In this document: positions 26,594 to 41,700 of the stretch, in pieces
How positions within the stretch are numbered: position 1 is the stretch's first letter
How the letters are laid out: the number at the start of each line of letters is the position of its first letter
Assembly (NCBI GenBank): GCA_948466185.1
Contig: CAOJZM010000006.1
Coordinates: 11,448-75,447, forward strand
Reading direction: 5' to 3'
DNA: 64,000 bases
DNA from: an uncultured Christensenella sp.
GTDB taxonomy: Bacteria > Bacillota > Clostridia > Christensenellales > UBA1242
Made by a program: the position numbers and the translations under genes
Notes under the pieces: model-generated
What the model saw: only the letters and a program-made list of their open reading frames with translations
Databases searched by the model: none
What the model was told of the DNA's origin: nothing

Positions 26594-26622
26594 TTGACAA
26601 TTTTTTCACCAAATTATATACT
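26594..26622 (+). promoter_or_regulatory. sigma-A-type promoter of the giant gene
   Basis: TTGACA (26594-26599), a 17-nt spacer, then TATACT (26617-26622). This predicts a ~80-nt leader with short hairpins. SD AAGGAGG at 26698-26704. Confidence 0.55.
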
Positions 26623-26708
26623 CTTGATAAGAGGGTTAATTTTGTAGAAATTTAGCGAGATGAACGCATTGTCTTGATTAAACTACAAATATTAAACAAG
26701 GAGGAAAA

Positions 26709-29700
26709 ATGAAAAAGTTTTGGTTAGGACTTTTGAGTACAATCATTTTGCTTGGCGGAAGTTTATTGTCTGCCTGTGGTGGAGTGGACATAACAATAAC
26801 TTTAAGTGACACTCACAAAGAAATTTGTCTTAACGATGATTCAGATCATAACTCTACGGTTATTGCCACCGTCAACGGAATTGACGGCGGTACGGTGACC
26901 GCATCTTCTTCCTATGAAAATATTGCCACGGCAAGTGCTGTGTATAATTCTGTGACAGGGCAAAACGTGATAACAATAAATGCCATTTCAGAAGGTGAAG
27001 CAGAAATTGTTGTTACAAGCAATTATGACAGCAGTGTTAAAAGCGTTATAAGCGTGACGGTTTACAGTAATGTGCTTTCGTTATCACAAAAACAAGAGGA
27101 TACTTTAAGCAAAAGTAACATGTTTGTGCTTAAAGGTAAAAGCAACAAGTTAGACAGCGATATCTTGCTCGAGAGCAATCCTGTTTCAGCACGAAAAAAT
27201 ATAGCATGGTCCTTGCCACTTGATGCGTCAAGATATATAAGCCTTGTTGGTAATGAACTTTCTATTTCAGACGAATACAATGAAAAAGACGAGAAAGGAT
27301 ATCTTCCTATAACATTGATCGCCACCGATTTGTATACTGATATAAGTACAGAAATTATCCTTAGCGTAATTGAGCCTCTAACCTCAGAAGGACTTAGCAT
27401 GGAATATTCCCACAACATGTCTCAGTCTTATGCTCACCTTGCCGGTCAAGTTATCAATATTGTCCCAAACATTGCAACCGATAATGATTATACGGCTTAC
27501 ATAAAATTCACATTTGCAAGTAGGGAGGGTGTTAGCCCAGAGGCTGTTATTCTTTCGAATGGGGAAATTGACGACACTGGGGTGTCTATTCTCAGTTTAA
27601 GTTCTTCTGTTGACGGTGGATACACAACTTATATCTATGAAGTTAAATCTTTAAAAGCAAGCTTAAACAAAAGCTTTACTGCCTATTTTAATGTGGGATA
27701 TTCAAAATATAACTATCAGATTAAATCCAGCCAATTTAAAATTGATTGCTATGAAAAAGTCAATGCGTTAAATGTGTATAACGAGGAGGGGAGCCTTGCC
27801 AATTCCTCAGTTCAAACAATTTATACCTCCTATGCTTTTCCTTATGGAACAAAATATAAAATAGAACTTTTGCCAGTGTCTGTTACCCATGCAACTGGAA
27901 AATATAGCATTTTGGTTGATTATACTGATTGTGGCGAAAGCGATGCAACAATTGTCACAGACACCTTGCAATTTTATTTCAAAACTTTAAATGGCGGTTA
28001 TTCCCGCATTAACATGCTTCCAAACGGGGATAGCGGACTACAATTTATAAGTGACGAGAATAATCTTCCTTCATCAAGTGAGTTATATATACTTGCAGGA
28101 GATAATTTTGTTAAATCTTCACTTACAAATGTCAAACTTACCTTCAGGTCATTTGATAACTCGGAGGTAAAAAACACCTGCACTGTAAATCTTTATAAAT
28201 CAGCATCTGCACTTGTTTTTGGAGGGGACACAAACGTCAGTCTGTCGACAGCGTCAACAACCTCAGTTACCAAAACTTATATATTGGAAGGCCAAAACTC
28301 CATTGAAGGACTTAGCGTGGAGACAACGGGGGAAGGTTTTACTGCCTCAAGCCCAGTTTTGATAGAAAGTGAAAATGGAATGGTTGCATTTAATATAACT
28401 TTCTCTGTTAAACCAGACAGTATAGGGTTAACAAATGATTGCAGCTATGTTATCAAGCATAAGAATGGAATGAAAAGCGAAAGCTTTCCTGTTAAACTTT
28501 TCCTTCCAATGACAGACGCAAGGGTGGAATATGACAACACAAATTCTTCAATAACAAATTCAGGATATTCCGATAAATTTGCAGGACTATATGTTGTAAG
28601 TAAAAATGAAAATGGAAGGGAGACACTCATCCTTCAAAACGACTCATCTTTAAGCGTTTCCAACCTTCTTGTTCAAACAGGTGCCAGTGTACCTTTCGCA
28701 TTTTTAACGAATCGCGTTCAAGGCAAGTATGCAAGTGCCAAACTTTCTTTTGAATATTTGGATATGATAAATACTGATTATGAGCTTGAAGCATTTACAG
28801 CCCTTGAAGCCGACCAAATTTATTCCCATGGTAACAAGAGTCAACAAAGCAGCATTCTCAGCATGAGTGATGCTTCCCTTATCACAAGAAACACGACAGG
28901 CTTTTCCTATCTTATCATAACTTTTACTGGACTTGATAATAATGGGAATGAAACTAAATTTGTGCGTATTATTTTGGTTGAAAATTATGTTGCCCCAACT
29001 GAGTTTATTATTCAGCCTTCTTATGCACAGGTGTTTGCTGGAGACTCAGTGTCTTCCAAGGATAGTGAAGAAACCACTCAAAATGTTACAATCATGTTGA
29101 GCAGTGTTCCAATGACATATTATAGTTTGGATTATTTTACATTCACTTCTGGCATTATGGGTGAAGGAAGTAAGATTGGAAATATGGTTATTTGGGAGGG
29201 TTCTGAAGGTGGTTACTATAATATTTCTAATATTGTTGTTACAAGTACCTATATATCTTTTGATATAAATGGACTAACAACAAAGGGTAGTGACATTTGG
29301 ACTGATAACCTTACAGTAAGTTATTACAACACTGATAAAAACGAAAAGAATATCCGCCCTAACGGTGTGATTAATGTTGAAGTTAAGAATGCGGACAGGA
29401 TTGAAAAATTAATTTGGGAAAATGACAGTGAAGATGGATTATATTTTGAGGTGGGCGATAGAGAACCTTCCATACTTGTAATCACATCCACTCCACAATA
29501 TGTTAAAAATCCAGACCTTTCATTTATTGTAACCGACAAGGCTGGCAACATTGGAAATTTTGTTCAGGTAAGCAAACTTGACAATAATGGTCAGGTAAGT
29601 TTAAATGCGAAAGAAGGAAAAACAGGCTTTATCTATATTTTACCTTCTGATGCCATATATCAAAGCAAGATAGCTTATTATGATAGAACAGCTGATGTGT

Positions 29701-32700
29701 CTGAAACAGGCAAACCTATAAATCAAATTATAGAAAGTTCAAAACTCGGACAAATAAAAGAAAACGGCAAGACATGGTTTGACTATTTGTGTGAAAATGG
29801 ATATTTTATAAACAATAAAAAAGAAGAAATTCCTTTCTCAAATATCTTGATTCGAATTGCTGTTACCGTTGCTGATGGATCAAGTGAAGAGTACGCTTAC
29901 AATATCTATGATGAGGCAGATTTATATTCAATCGAATCAAATAAGTATTATAAAGTTATGAACAATTTGACACTGGAAAATTGGCCGGGCTTTAATTTTG
30001 TAACTTTAACAGGTGGGATTCGAGGAGATAACTCTGATATTACCATAACAATCAAGGGGAAAAACTTCTTGAATGTTAATAATGGTATTATTCGTGACCT
30101 CACTTTTGCAGGACAGGTAAATGGTGGCGGCTTTGTTGCAAATGTAAACAATGGACGTATTGACAATGTAACTATTGATGTGTTTTCAGGTGATGGTGTT
30201 TATGAAATGTCAACACTGGATGGAAGCAGTTATATAGCTGAAAGCGTAGGGGATGATAATTCTGCATATATTGGCGGAATTGTCGGAACTAACAGCAGTA
30301 TTGTAACAAATGTCAATGTGCTGGGCCTTCAAATAGTTGGGGCAAATAGTGGAAGTTACGTCGGTGGTATAATTGGTAAACAAGACGGCGGCAGTTTGTC
30401 AAATGCAAGATTTGAATTTTATAATTTTAGTACAGGCGTAAATACAATCTCTGGTGATTATGTCGGTGGCGTTGTTGGTAGGTTTAATGGAGGAACCCTT
30501 ACCTATGTATACGCCTATGATTACACCCTTTCTACAACAAAAATATTGCACCTTGATGGAAATTTTGCAGGCGGAATTGTTGGGCATGTTGATGGCGGCG
30601 AAAAAATAGAAAAATCCTTTGCGGTTGTAGGACTTGCAAATATTTTTGGTGACAACAGTATTACAGATATAAAGGATGTTTATATTTCTTATTTTGATAA
30701 TGATATATATACAAGTGATACCATAATATCAAATAACAATAATTGGGAATTTTCATCTTCCTCAAATTTTAAATCATATGTTAATGATGGAAAAGAATAC
30801 TTAAAAGAATTCTATCAACAAGAAGCGATTTCAAGTGTAGATGGATATAATATTGCGGAAAAAGTTGTTGAAGGCAACAATTACTATAAGGCATTAAGAG
30901 TTTCAGAAAACAGCGGTGTAATGTTTAGATATGCGGTAAATTCTCGTGAGCTTGCCCTCATGTCAGACAGTGAACGCCGTGGTCTGAACGATTACAATAC
31001 AACCTCGCTTGCTGCTCTTCTCAATATAACTGAGGATGAGGCAAGGCGCCTAGTTGTTGCAAGTTCGGATGCAAGAGTTTTGGAGGTAAGCGGAAATAAT
31101 ATAATCGTAAAACAAAACGGAACTGCAACCTTAACAATTTCTTCAAAACAAGATTATACAAAGAATAAACAAATTTCAATTTATGTCATAAATGCAATAT
31201 CAGACTTAAAAGCTTCATGGGCTTATACTGGGGGGATTGAGGAGATTGCTGATAATAGTGATATCAATCTTCAACGTGGAAAATCCCTCGCCGTAACCTA
31301 TACTTTTGAACATTCAAGTTTACATGTAGGTTTGCAGGGCAATAGTTTTGATTTGCTTACAAATGATTACGAGCTTGAACATGCGACGGAAGGGATAGAT
31401 TATCAGACGGTAGGAAAGAACATCTTAAATCTTAACACCAGCAGTGACAATGCAGCACATAAATATAAAATTTCAACTTGTGTAAATTTGACAGGAAAAG
31501 AAGATTATATTGTAAAAGCGAACGAAACCATAAGAAATAGTTTTGTTAAAAACTATAATCTTGCTCTCTTTGATGGTGCTATTTATCTTGGAGCGTCTGC
31601 AAGTGGGGTTTCAATCACACCTGCCACTATTGGTGCGGTGGAAGTTGAACTTACAAGCGGGGATAAAAACGATATGCTTGTTCCTGAAGTAAGCATGAAA
31701 ATTGCAGACAACAATATTAAACTTCAATTATCAAAACTTGATGAAACATCAAAAAATTCAAATGTTTGGATTGCAAGCCTTGGAAATGAAAAGAGAATAA
31801 AGGTCGAAGTTGTGCCTTTTGCTTCTAACCAAACTGCAACAGCTGTGAATGGTCGTTACACCTTAAAGTTTAATCTTTATATGAGTGTTTATGATGATTA
31901 CAGAAATCAAGTTTCACAGGATCAAACTTATACAGTGACCCTAACATCAAAACATCAAGCGACAAGTGCGAGCTTTGCTTTAAATATTTCAAGACAGGAA
32001 TTTACAAATATAAGTATAACAAACCATAGTGTTGATAATATGCTATATCAAAAAATTGGTACTGGCGAAGATGCAGATAAATATGTAACGAAATACCAAG
32101 TTGGCGAGATGACAACGGGGGTACTTTCACCGGGAAGCAGCAGTATATTGAAAGTCAACGTAAATCCTAAGTTTGCATATTATGACCACTTTACTATGGA
32201 GTATAGCGGAGCGTCTATTGCAAGTGCGGCCACCGTCAGATTTATGACAAAGGACGCAAGAATGCTCAACACATATTATGAAGATTACACTTCTACAATT
32301 GAGCCAATCGCGAATGGAATAAGCGTTGTGCCAAACAAGCAGGCGAAAGAGAATAATGACCTTTTCTTCAAGATTTGGGCCAGTGACACAATTATGCAGG
32401 ATACCGTGCTTAAACTTACCATCAAATTCTATGACAACAAGAGCAGTATTCCTATCACCTTTGCAAACTACTTTTTAACAGTAAGTTATTTATCAGAGCC
32501 ACAAATCCTCGTTGATGGTTATTCAACATCCATTCTTGCAAAGGGGCAGACAGCACAGGTTAAGGTTGTAGTGCCTTTCGATCAAGATGTCGACATTAAC
32601 ACCATGGTGGTTGAAAATATTGAGGGTGGAATTACCTTAAGCACTGACGGAACTTGGGATGAATCAAGTGCCATTGGAACCAAGGTTTACACCACACGAA

Positions 32701-35700
32701 TTTCCGCCAGAGTGGACGCAAAAGTAAAAGATGACGCAAATGGAATATTTAGAATTTCAGTTGTTGTATCCAGAGTTATTAATGGTCATGAGGAGCGAAA
32801 AACAGCCTTTGCAATAGTGAATTTGGTTGACTTTAAGGTGGATCTTGACAACATCTCACTTGCAGGATCAAATGAGGATACCTTTGTTACCTATCTTGGA
32901 ATGGAGCAACCATTAACCTTCAATGTCCCACTGCTTCCAGAAAACTATATTTATGATACAAGTGATCCTGAAAGCGTTGAGGCTATGGCGAAAATTAAAC
33001 ACGCAATTGAAACTTATAAAAAACAGGGACATTATCAGGATACAAACGCAAGTTATTTTATAAATCATAAACGTGACGAAAATGGCAATGCATTGCTAAC
33101 TGAAGAGGACGGCGTTCTCGACTTATCACAAAGATTATATTATTTCTCCAAGACAAACGAGAATTGGCTGAATGTTCGCAGCGGAGATGAATATAGCAGT
33201 GTGGGCGGGTACCTTGAATGGAAGGTTACAAAAGGCTTAAATAACGATGAGATCATAAACATTAAAGGCTTGAAGCCAACAAATGACAGCGACCCTGTCA
33301 GATTAAAACTTCAAACAACTGTACAAATTGGTGATTTCTACTTTGTCAGCGATTATGAATTTAATGTACTTGTCAAAACTTATTCTGATGAGGATACTCC
33401 ACTTATAATTTCAAGCGAAGAACAATTTATTGAGATGGCCGATAGAGAAAGAGCGGATTACATTTTAATGAATGATATCATTCTCCGTAACTATACTCCT
33501 TTTGACACAAACAATATTGCAAGCTTGGATGGAAATGGCCATACTATATATATTGATTCATATAATTTATATCCAACCAATACTAAAACTTTAAATCTGG
33601 CATTATTTAATAATGTTGCAAGCACAACCACTCTTAAAAACATAAGGGTGAATATATACAATGGTGGTCAAATTACCGCGGATATTCAAGAATACTCAAG
33701 TGTCAATATTGCGGGTTTTGCAATCAACAATGAAGGTATAATAACAAACTGCGAAGTTGTATCCTTCCATAAGACCGGTTATACAAGTTCTCAAAATCAA
33801 AAGAGTGGACTTGTTGTAAAATATATACGCGGGGAAGGCACTTCCACCCCTCAATATTTAACGGACGGCTCAAATTGGACTTCTCAGGTGGCAGGTTTTG
33901 TACTCACAAACGCTGGCTCTATCACAAACAGTAGGGTGGGTGGCAATTCCGTTTACACCGTTGGCTCAAAGTTGCCATCTTTAGATAGTGTTTATATACG
34001 TGACAAAGAAACTCTACAAAACTTCTATATTGAAGGCCAGGGGGATGTTGCGGGTTTTGTTCTCGCTAATACTGGCACAATAGCAAGTTCTTTTGTCAAA
34101 AACTTTGGACTTGACAATCAATCTGATAGCTCTGCTTACATCACTGCGGGTTTTGCAGGTAGCAACAACGGAAAGATTCTCACATCATATATCGAAGGGG
34201 TTAAAGATGACGCAGCCAGCAACAATGATAAATGGTGCAGGCAGGGCTCTTCCTTAACATCAAAACTCGGAATAATTTCAGGCTTTGTTTATCAAAATGG
34301 TGGACAAATTCAGGATTCATATTCAAATATACTTATATCAAACAAATCAACTGAGCAAACCTATCTTGCATCTGGATTTGTATATGAAAATAAGGGGTCT
34401 ATTAAAAACTGCTTCTCTGCATCACAAATTGTAAGTTTGCAATACTCCCAGATGAACTTCTCCGGTGTTGATAAAAACGGAAACTTACTTGCAAATGGGG
34501 AGTATATTAATTGCTACTATTATCGTTCTTCCAAACTCGGAAATGATGCTCCTACAGAAGAAAGTTACAACACGGGGGCAATTCAACTTGTTGAAATAGA
34601 TGATGAAAAATATTTCTATGGTTTTGCGTTCAACTCTAGCGATAACAGGATAAATGGGGTATGGTCATTAAATAAGGATGAAGGAAGCCTCACCCTTGTT
34701 GAGCCAAACAAAATTGCGTTTTCAAATAGATATTACTTGGAAGGCAAGGAAGAAGGCGTATATTCTCTTCCATATTCAACCATGTATGATAATGGGGAAA
34801 TAAACATAGATTATGGAACTGAGAACAACCCAATTCTTATTAGAAATGCACAAGAGTTTGCAAATGTTATGGGCAACAGCACATCAACATATATTTCAAA
34901 ATGCTTTACACCTACAGAAATACGTGGTACATACCGTATCGTTGCGGATATAGATTTTTCCGCTCTCCTTGCAGCAAGTGAAGACAAAGAAACAATTGAG
35001 CTTCCATCTACAAGCCGAGCATTTACAGGGAGTCTGTTTGGAAACGGCTTTACTCTTTCCAACCTTTCAATAAGGTCAAGCACAAAAGTTTTATCTTATG
35101 GAATGTTTGCATCCATTGAGGGCGGAGCAATTACAAACTTAAATCTTGGAATCAGCAAAGTTGCAAATAACCTTGCATCCTTTGTTGGCGGCCTCACTGG
35201 AATAGTAAAAAATTCCAACATTGTAAACATTGATGTTAAAAACGATGAAAATTCTGAAATAGAAGGATTGAACTTTGTTGGCGGTCTTGTTGGTATTGTT
35301 ATGGGTGACTCCAAGATTAAAAACATAACTGTAGACAGTCCAAACGTCATAGCAGACAGATTTGTGACAAATGGTCAAGAGGGAACAGAAGGCGACAGTG
35401 CAAGACCTTCAATAGTTTCCACCTTAACTGCAAACATGTCAACCGACTTTAGAATGATGATTGTTCATATAGATAAAGTTCTTATCACTGAGGCCAATGC
35501 AAATGTTTTAAATGAAATTACTCAGTTTATTGATAACATGTCGTATGCAGGCGGTGCGTTTGGTTATATTGATATATTTACAGAAAAAGAAAGCACATTA
35601 AAAACGTATATTTATAAGGAATCCAACTTAATAACAATAAGTGACTATGATGTTTCACGAGTACGTATCACGACCTCTGCACGTGTTCAAGGACAGGTTG

Positions 35701-38700
35701 TTGGTGGTTTTGCTGGTTTCACGGGAATGCAGACAGATGTAAAAGACGTGGGAATTGTTTTAGAGGATTCAACGAATGAAAGTTTATCTCGCATTATCTC
35801 CACAAAGTTCTATGCAGGTGGACTTATAGGTCAAGCCTATGGCAATATGACCCAACTTTTTGCAGAACATGAAAAAACAATCCAAAATCAAATTGAAAAT
35901 AATTTACGTTCATATTATCAATCACCTTCAGATATAGAACGTGGAAGCTTATCAATTTTCAACACCGAAGGAACAGATAGAGATTATGTTCCAAAATATA
36001 TTGGTGGTCTTATTGGATATGTTGGAAGTGGACAACTTTCAATTTCATATTCAAAACTCAATGTAATCAACACAAGGGCGGACCATGTTGGTGGAATTAT
36101 TGGTATCATAAATTCCAAAACATCTCAGGTTTATTATGTAAGTGATGGTAATGAAGGAAGCAAATTAAATGTAATAACCAAATATTATATTTATGAAGCC
36201 TACGCCACCGGCGATGTAAGGGCAAAACAAAGTGCAGGCGGGATTGTTGGAAGAGTTGAAAATGGTTCAACTGTCGTGTTTGAAAATGTAAACTCAGCCA
36301 ACTTTATATCTGTTTACAACTATGATTTAGGTGTTAATTATAGGCAGGAAGATTTCAGAAAAGAAACTGAAAATGATGTTATTTACAGTTTTGACGCAAT
36401 CAACGTATACGCAATTGTTGGAAGTTATCATACCTCAGACGTAAGCGGACAGGAAAAACCAAGTGATATAAACTACCTCAAAAAGTATTTGGTTAAAGTT
36501 GAAGGCTCTGCGGGTCAAGAACAAATAAAAACTGTTGGCCAAACACAAGACTATACAACCACTTTGATTACCAATGAAACAAGTGGCATTGTGACAGATA
36601 AAGGACGTATCAAACTTTCAGCTCATAAGGGTGCAATTATTCCAAACTTCAGTGAAGAGACAAAAGATAGGGAATTGACTTTTGCAATCCCAAGTTTATC
36701 AAACTATGCAAGCAGTGTTGCAGGCTATGACGAAACTTACGGATCATTTTTGGGTAATAGTTGGAGTGCAAACAACTGGATACATACTTCAGCAACACTT
36801 TACCCTATAATTAAATATCCAGTTGCTCAAAATTCCTTTATCTATTTGGATGCATATGATGAATCAATTGAAAAGGCCATCAAAGCTATGAATCAAAGCA
36901 ATGTAGAGATTCGAGTAAGAGGTTTGATTTCTAAAAATGCACCAAGCAATCAAAGAAAAGATGTTGATATTGCAGATTATATCAAACGTAATCCTTCAAT
37001 CTCTAATGGATCAGAAGGTTTAATTCAAGGCTATCAAGGAAAGCTTGTGGGAGACCGAGAATACTTTACTATGGGGACCGATGAATATCCAAGCATAATT
37101 TTGGATAGACCAATGTTTGAAAGTACAAAATCAGGATTTAACGTTTCGAATTTAACTATTAAATTTAAACCAACAAGCAAGAATAATGATATTTTTAGTG
37201 ATTCCTCTTTATATACTGGTACATTTATAAATGGAACAGTTGAGGATGGGACTATAGACAACTTGACGCTTGACTTTACTGGTATAACGGATAATACTGT
37301 TCATTTGGGAAATAAAAACTCAACAAATGTTGGATTATTGGCTGCCAAATTAAACGGCACTTCTATATATGGATTAGAAATATTTATTAAGACCAATAAT
37401 GGAAAAGTATTCTTTAATGCAAACGGCAAAAATATAGGACTTGTTGCAGGGGAAGCTATACAAAATTCCGCTGCACGACGAATGAATTTTAGTGGCATTA
37501 ATATTTATAATAGTACAGAAAATCCAAGCGATTTAATGATTGCAAATGATGCAGTAAACGTCGGGACCTATTTCGGTAATATTGCTGCTGTCGATGCAGA
37601 AACTGAAGGTGCTGCAAAAATTTCACTTGAGATAGGCACATTTGGTAATACCTTTAAACCTGGTGCAGAGCCAAAATCAAGGACTTTAAATGGAACGTAT
37701 CCTGTAATTAAAATATCAGGTGGCACAGTCAATGCGGGGGGATATGTTGGAAGTGCGTCCACAGTAGAGGAAATTAAGTTTGCTGATATTGCCACCGCTA
37801 TAAATGTCAAAATGGAAATATCAGGTGTTAGCGATATTAATGCTGGTGCATTGTTTGGGACATTAAATGGGGCAGCAAATAAACTTTCAGCCAAGGGTGA
37901 ACTATATAATTCCAGAACCTTTAACAGCGTTATCTATCATGATGACTCAACCAATGTTTCAAGTGCAAATATTGGCGGATTAATTGGTCAAACTACTGGC
38001 GGCGATACAACTATTGAGAATATCATTACCAATTTTGATTTATTTGGAAGGACGAAGGAAGATAACAACTCTGGGATTCAAGTTACAGAAGATTATGTAA
38101 ACAGTCTAAAAGAAAATTATATTTTCTATCCATTTAATGTTGGCGATGCAAATGTAGGTGGGCTGGTTGGTAATTCTTCTGGATTGCTTACAATAAATAG
38201 TAATATTGCTGGAAATGGAGTTTTTGAATATAATACAGCGGAAAGTAAAGACGATGGAACTATACAAGCAAACGTAATAGCTGTTAACGGCACAAACGTG
38301 AATGTTGGTGGACTTGTTGGACTTGCGGGCAAACTCGAAATTGCCGGCAGATTTAAGACTGGTGCAATGATAAGTGCAAACGGAAGTACAAAAGCAAATA
38401 TCGGTGGTCTTGTAGGTAAAACGACTGGCGAAAGTGTTGAGATCACGAGTGGTACAGGTGCGGATAATGTGAGCATAGCTGCAAACGCAGAAATCTTCAC
38501 TTCTTCAGAAGCAAGTGTTGGTGGTATGATTGGTTTTGTAGAAGGAAGTGAAACAACGGTGCTTAACTTGCAAAACACTTCTTTTGGCGGGTCAATCAAA
38601 GTTTATGGCGGGAACGCGCAAGGCAAGAATTTAGATATAGGCGGAAGTTTAGGAAGTATTGAGGGGCAAGTTCAAGTCACTATACAACAGAATTATAACT

Positions 38701-41700
38701 ATGGTGATGTATTCATGCTGTATGGTGAAAAATTTAAATCACATGGTGAATTGTTTTATGGCGGACTCATTGGAAATGGTGTAAATATAACAGATGCGGC
38801 CGCTGGTGGAGATGTAGGAATACAAAATAACTATATTCTTATGACTCTTAATGACCAACGACCTTTGGTTAGTGACAATTATCATGCTGTATTTGGAAAT
38901 ATAAGCGCTGATGTTACCAAACAAAACAATTACTATAACCATGGTGTATGTCTTCTTACTGACGAGTTTGCAACAGATGCTGGCTATATGCACGCATATA
39001 AGGATAACCACAAAATAATTGGCGGCGGCTATACTGGCGGGGATAATTATGGTTTTTATACTGGTGACGATTTACCAGCACTTGCTACTGCCTTTAAGAA
39101 TAAACTTTCAAGTTTTGTAGATGAGAACAATTCAAAATTAAATCCAGCTCAAATTTCTTCTACCTCTATTGATAAAGATGGATCGTTAAAAACAGAGAAA
39201 AATTTCCATGGAATAACATATTATTACTTAGGGACTGATTTTACACTTTCAAGTCAAATTACTGAACTTGATAATATTGCAATTATTGGCGATGGTTACA
39301 CCCTTAAATATGAAAATACAAATGCAAGCCCAATTGAAAAAATAACAAATTATTCCTTCGTTTCAGCGTTGAATTTCTCAGTTGATATCAAAGACGAGAA
39401 TACCAGCACCACAAATAGTGAAACTGTTACAAACAAGACTTCATTTGGCGGTGTTGCTGCAAACATGGAAAGCGGAATTCTTTACGCAGTTGGTGTGAAT
39501 GGCAAGATTGAAGTTGGTGGAACTGAGGCAATAAATATTGGCGGCCTTGTTGGAACAATCACAAATGGGCTTATTTCCCAGTCTGTTTCAGATGTTCATA
39601 TTCTTTACCGAGCAGGCAAAGGCGGAAGCTCTGCTGCTGTTGCAGTAAGTGATTCAACAAGTACAGATGTTAAACCAATAATAATGTTTACTTACGCTGT
39701 CGGAACAGTTGAATGCTATATTGACAGTCATATTGACGGGTTTAGCAAAGGAAATGCAGATGTTCGATATTGTTATACTACGGCAAACCTTGAATGGCAC
39801 GACTATACTTCTGCCACTACAGAAGAAACTGACAAGATAACCGTGTTTAATAGAGCAAACTTAACATTCTGTATGAATGATAAACATGCAACGAAAATTG
39901 GAGAAAATACGACAAGTTGTGTACGAGACTTTACAAGCGGTTCAAATTGGGTTCGTGATGACATTTACAACTATGGCTATCCAACACGTAAATTCAATTA
40001 TCTCAAATATAGTTCATATGCGAAACGCGAAGAGGACAATGCAACTGATGCTGAGAAGGAACGTGGCATACATACCTATACTTACACAAGACTTTCTGGT
40101 CCTGATGTATGGGGAGACAAAGCAGAGTCTGTTCGTACTGCAGCATACTATATGATTCCAAACGCTGGAGTATGGCATCAAGTACTTCCCGAAGAAACTG
40201 CTATAGCAAAGTACATAGTTTTAAGAAACGATTTGTATTTGGATTATGTAGATAAAAACACAACAATAAAAACTTTGAATGCTCGCCTTAATTTAGATGG
40301 TCAGGGACACAGAATTTATGGTTTCAATGGTACCAGTCTCTTTGACCAACTTTCGTATAATTCAGAGGTTATAAACTTAGATATTTTGAACGCAATCAGT
40401 ACGGGCGAAGGCATTATAGCAAGTTTTTCAAGAGGCATTACCTTCTCTAATATAACTCTGAGTGGTTCTCTTAAATCTGAAGCTTCAGTGACGGCAGGGG
40501 CGGTTGTTGGTCGTGCTGACGAGTCACATTTCTATTCAATTATGAGTAATGTAAAGATTTTCTGTAAGAGCTATGGCTCTATTGGTGGAATTGTTGGTAG
40601 TGACACTGGTTCCGAATTCAAATATTGTGTAAATAATGGACCAATTAATGCTACAGGATCAGCAAGCGGAAGTGCAAATGTTGGTGGTATTGTGGGCATA
40701 TCTCAACAGGGAACCACGATTGAATACAGTTATAACACAGCTTCAATATTGGCTGGCTATGTAGCAACTTCTGCAACGCTTAATAATTATGCAGGTGGAA
40801 TTGTAGGTAAATCAGTCTCTAATATTAGCATAGACCACTGCTATAACTCAGGTTTAGTAATTTCTGGAAACAAGAAATGCACAAATGATCAATATGCCGG
40901 TGGCATTATCGCACATGTTGGCGGAGAGGCCAATGTGACCAACTGTATTAATGAAGGTTCAGTGCGAGCAATTGCAGTTAATGCAAAATATAACGTAAAA
41001 AGGTTGGAACTTAAACCAATTATAACTTCACTTTGGATTGAGTTGGGAGTTTATCAGGATACAGATAGAAATGTTTTTGCAAATGGCATTGGGTTTGAAA
41101 TTAAGGATCATCCTATTGCCAATTCAACAAATTATAACAATAATATTGAAATTATAAATGATGGGGCTGGTCTTGTTAAAGGTAGCGCCGTTTACAAAAT
41201 GAATAAAAATAGGATTCCGATGATAACAGAGGTTGATTATTTTACAAGGATCATCTCAGTCCCTGACTATTCGGAGAAAGACGACGATAGAATTGTTATA
41301 ACTTCACGTGACAATTATAATGTTCCTGTTAGTTTTTACTATAAAAAAGATTTTTCTCTTACATATAAATATCATCTAGGCAACTCAAACGGTAAGACGA
41401 AAGGGCTTCATACTTACGTTGCAGATCCTTATAGTATAGATACAGTATCTAGTTATTATGGTGCGAGTGTAGGCGAATCAGGAGCTTCAACTTATTATAA
41501 TATTACAGAAGGCGGAGATCCTTATCAGAACCGCATAAGAAATCAGGATGCTGTTAAAATTTCTATTGATGATAATCTTGTAGATTCGATCATTGGAGCA
41601 ACTTCTGCAAAGCCAGATGTGGATTCTCAAGTATTTATAAACGGTCATGCTTATTATTTAACCAATGGTTCTGGTTCTGATTTGGCTATAAATATGAATT

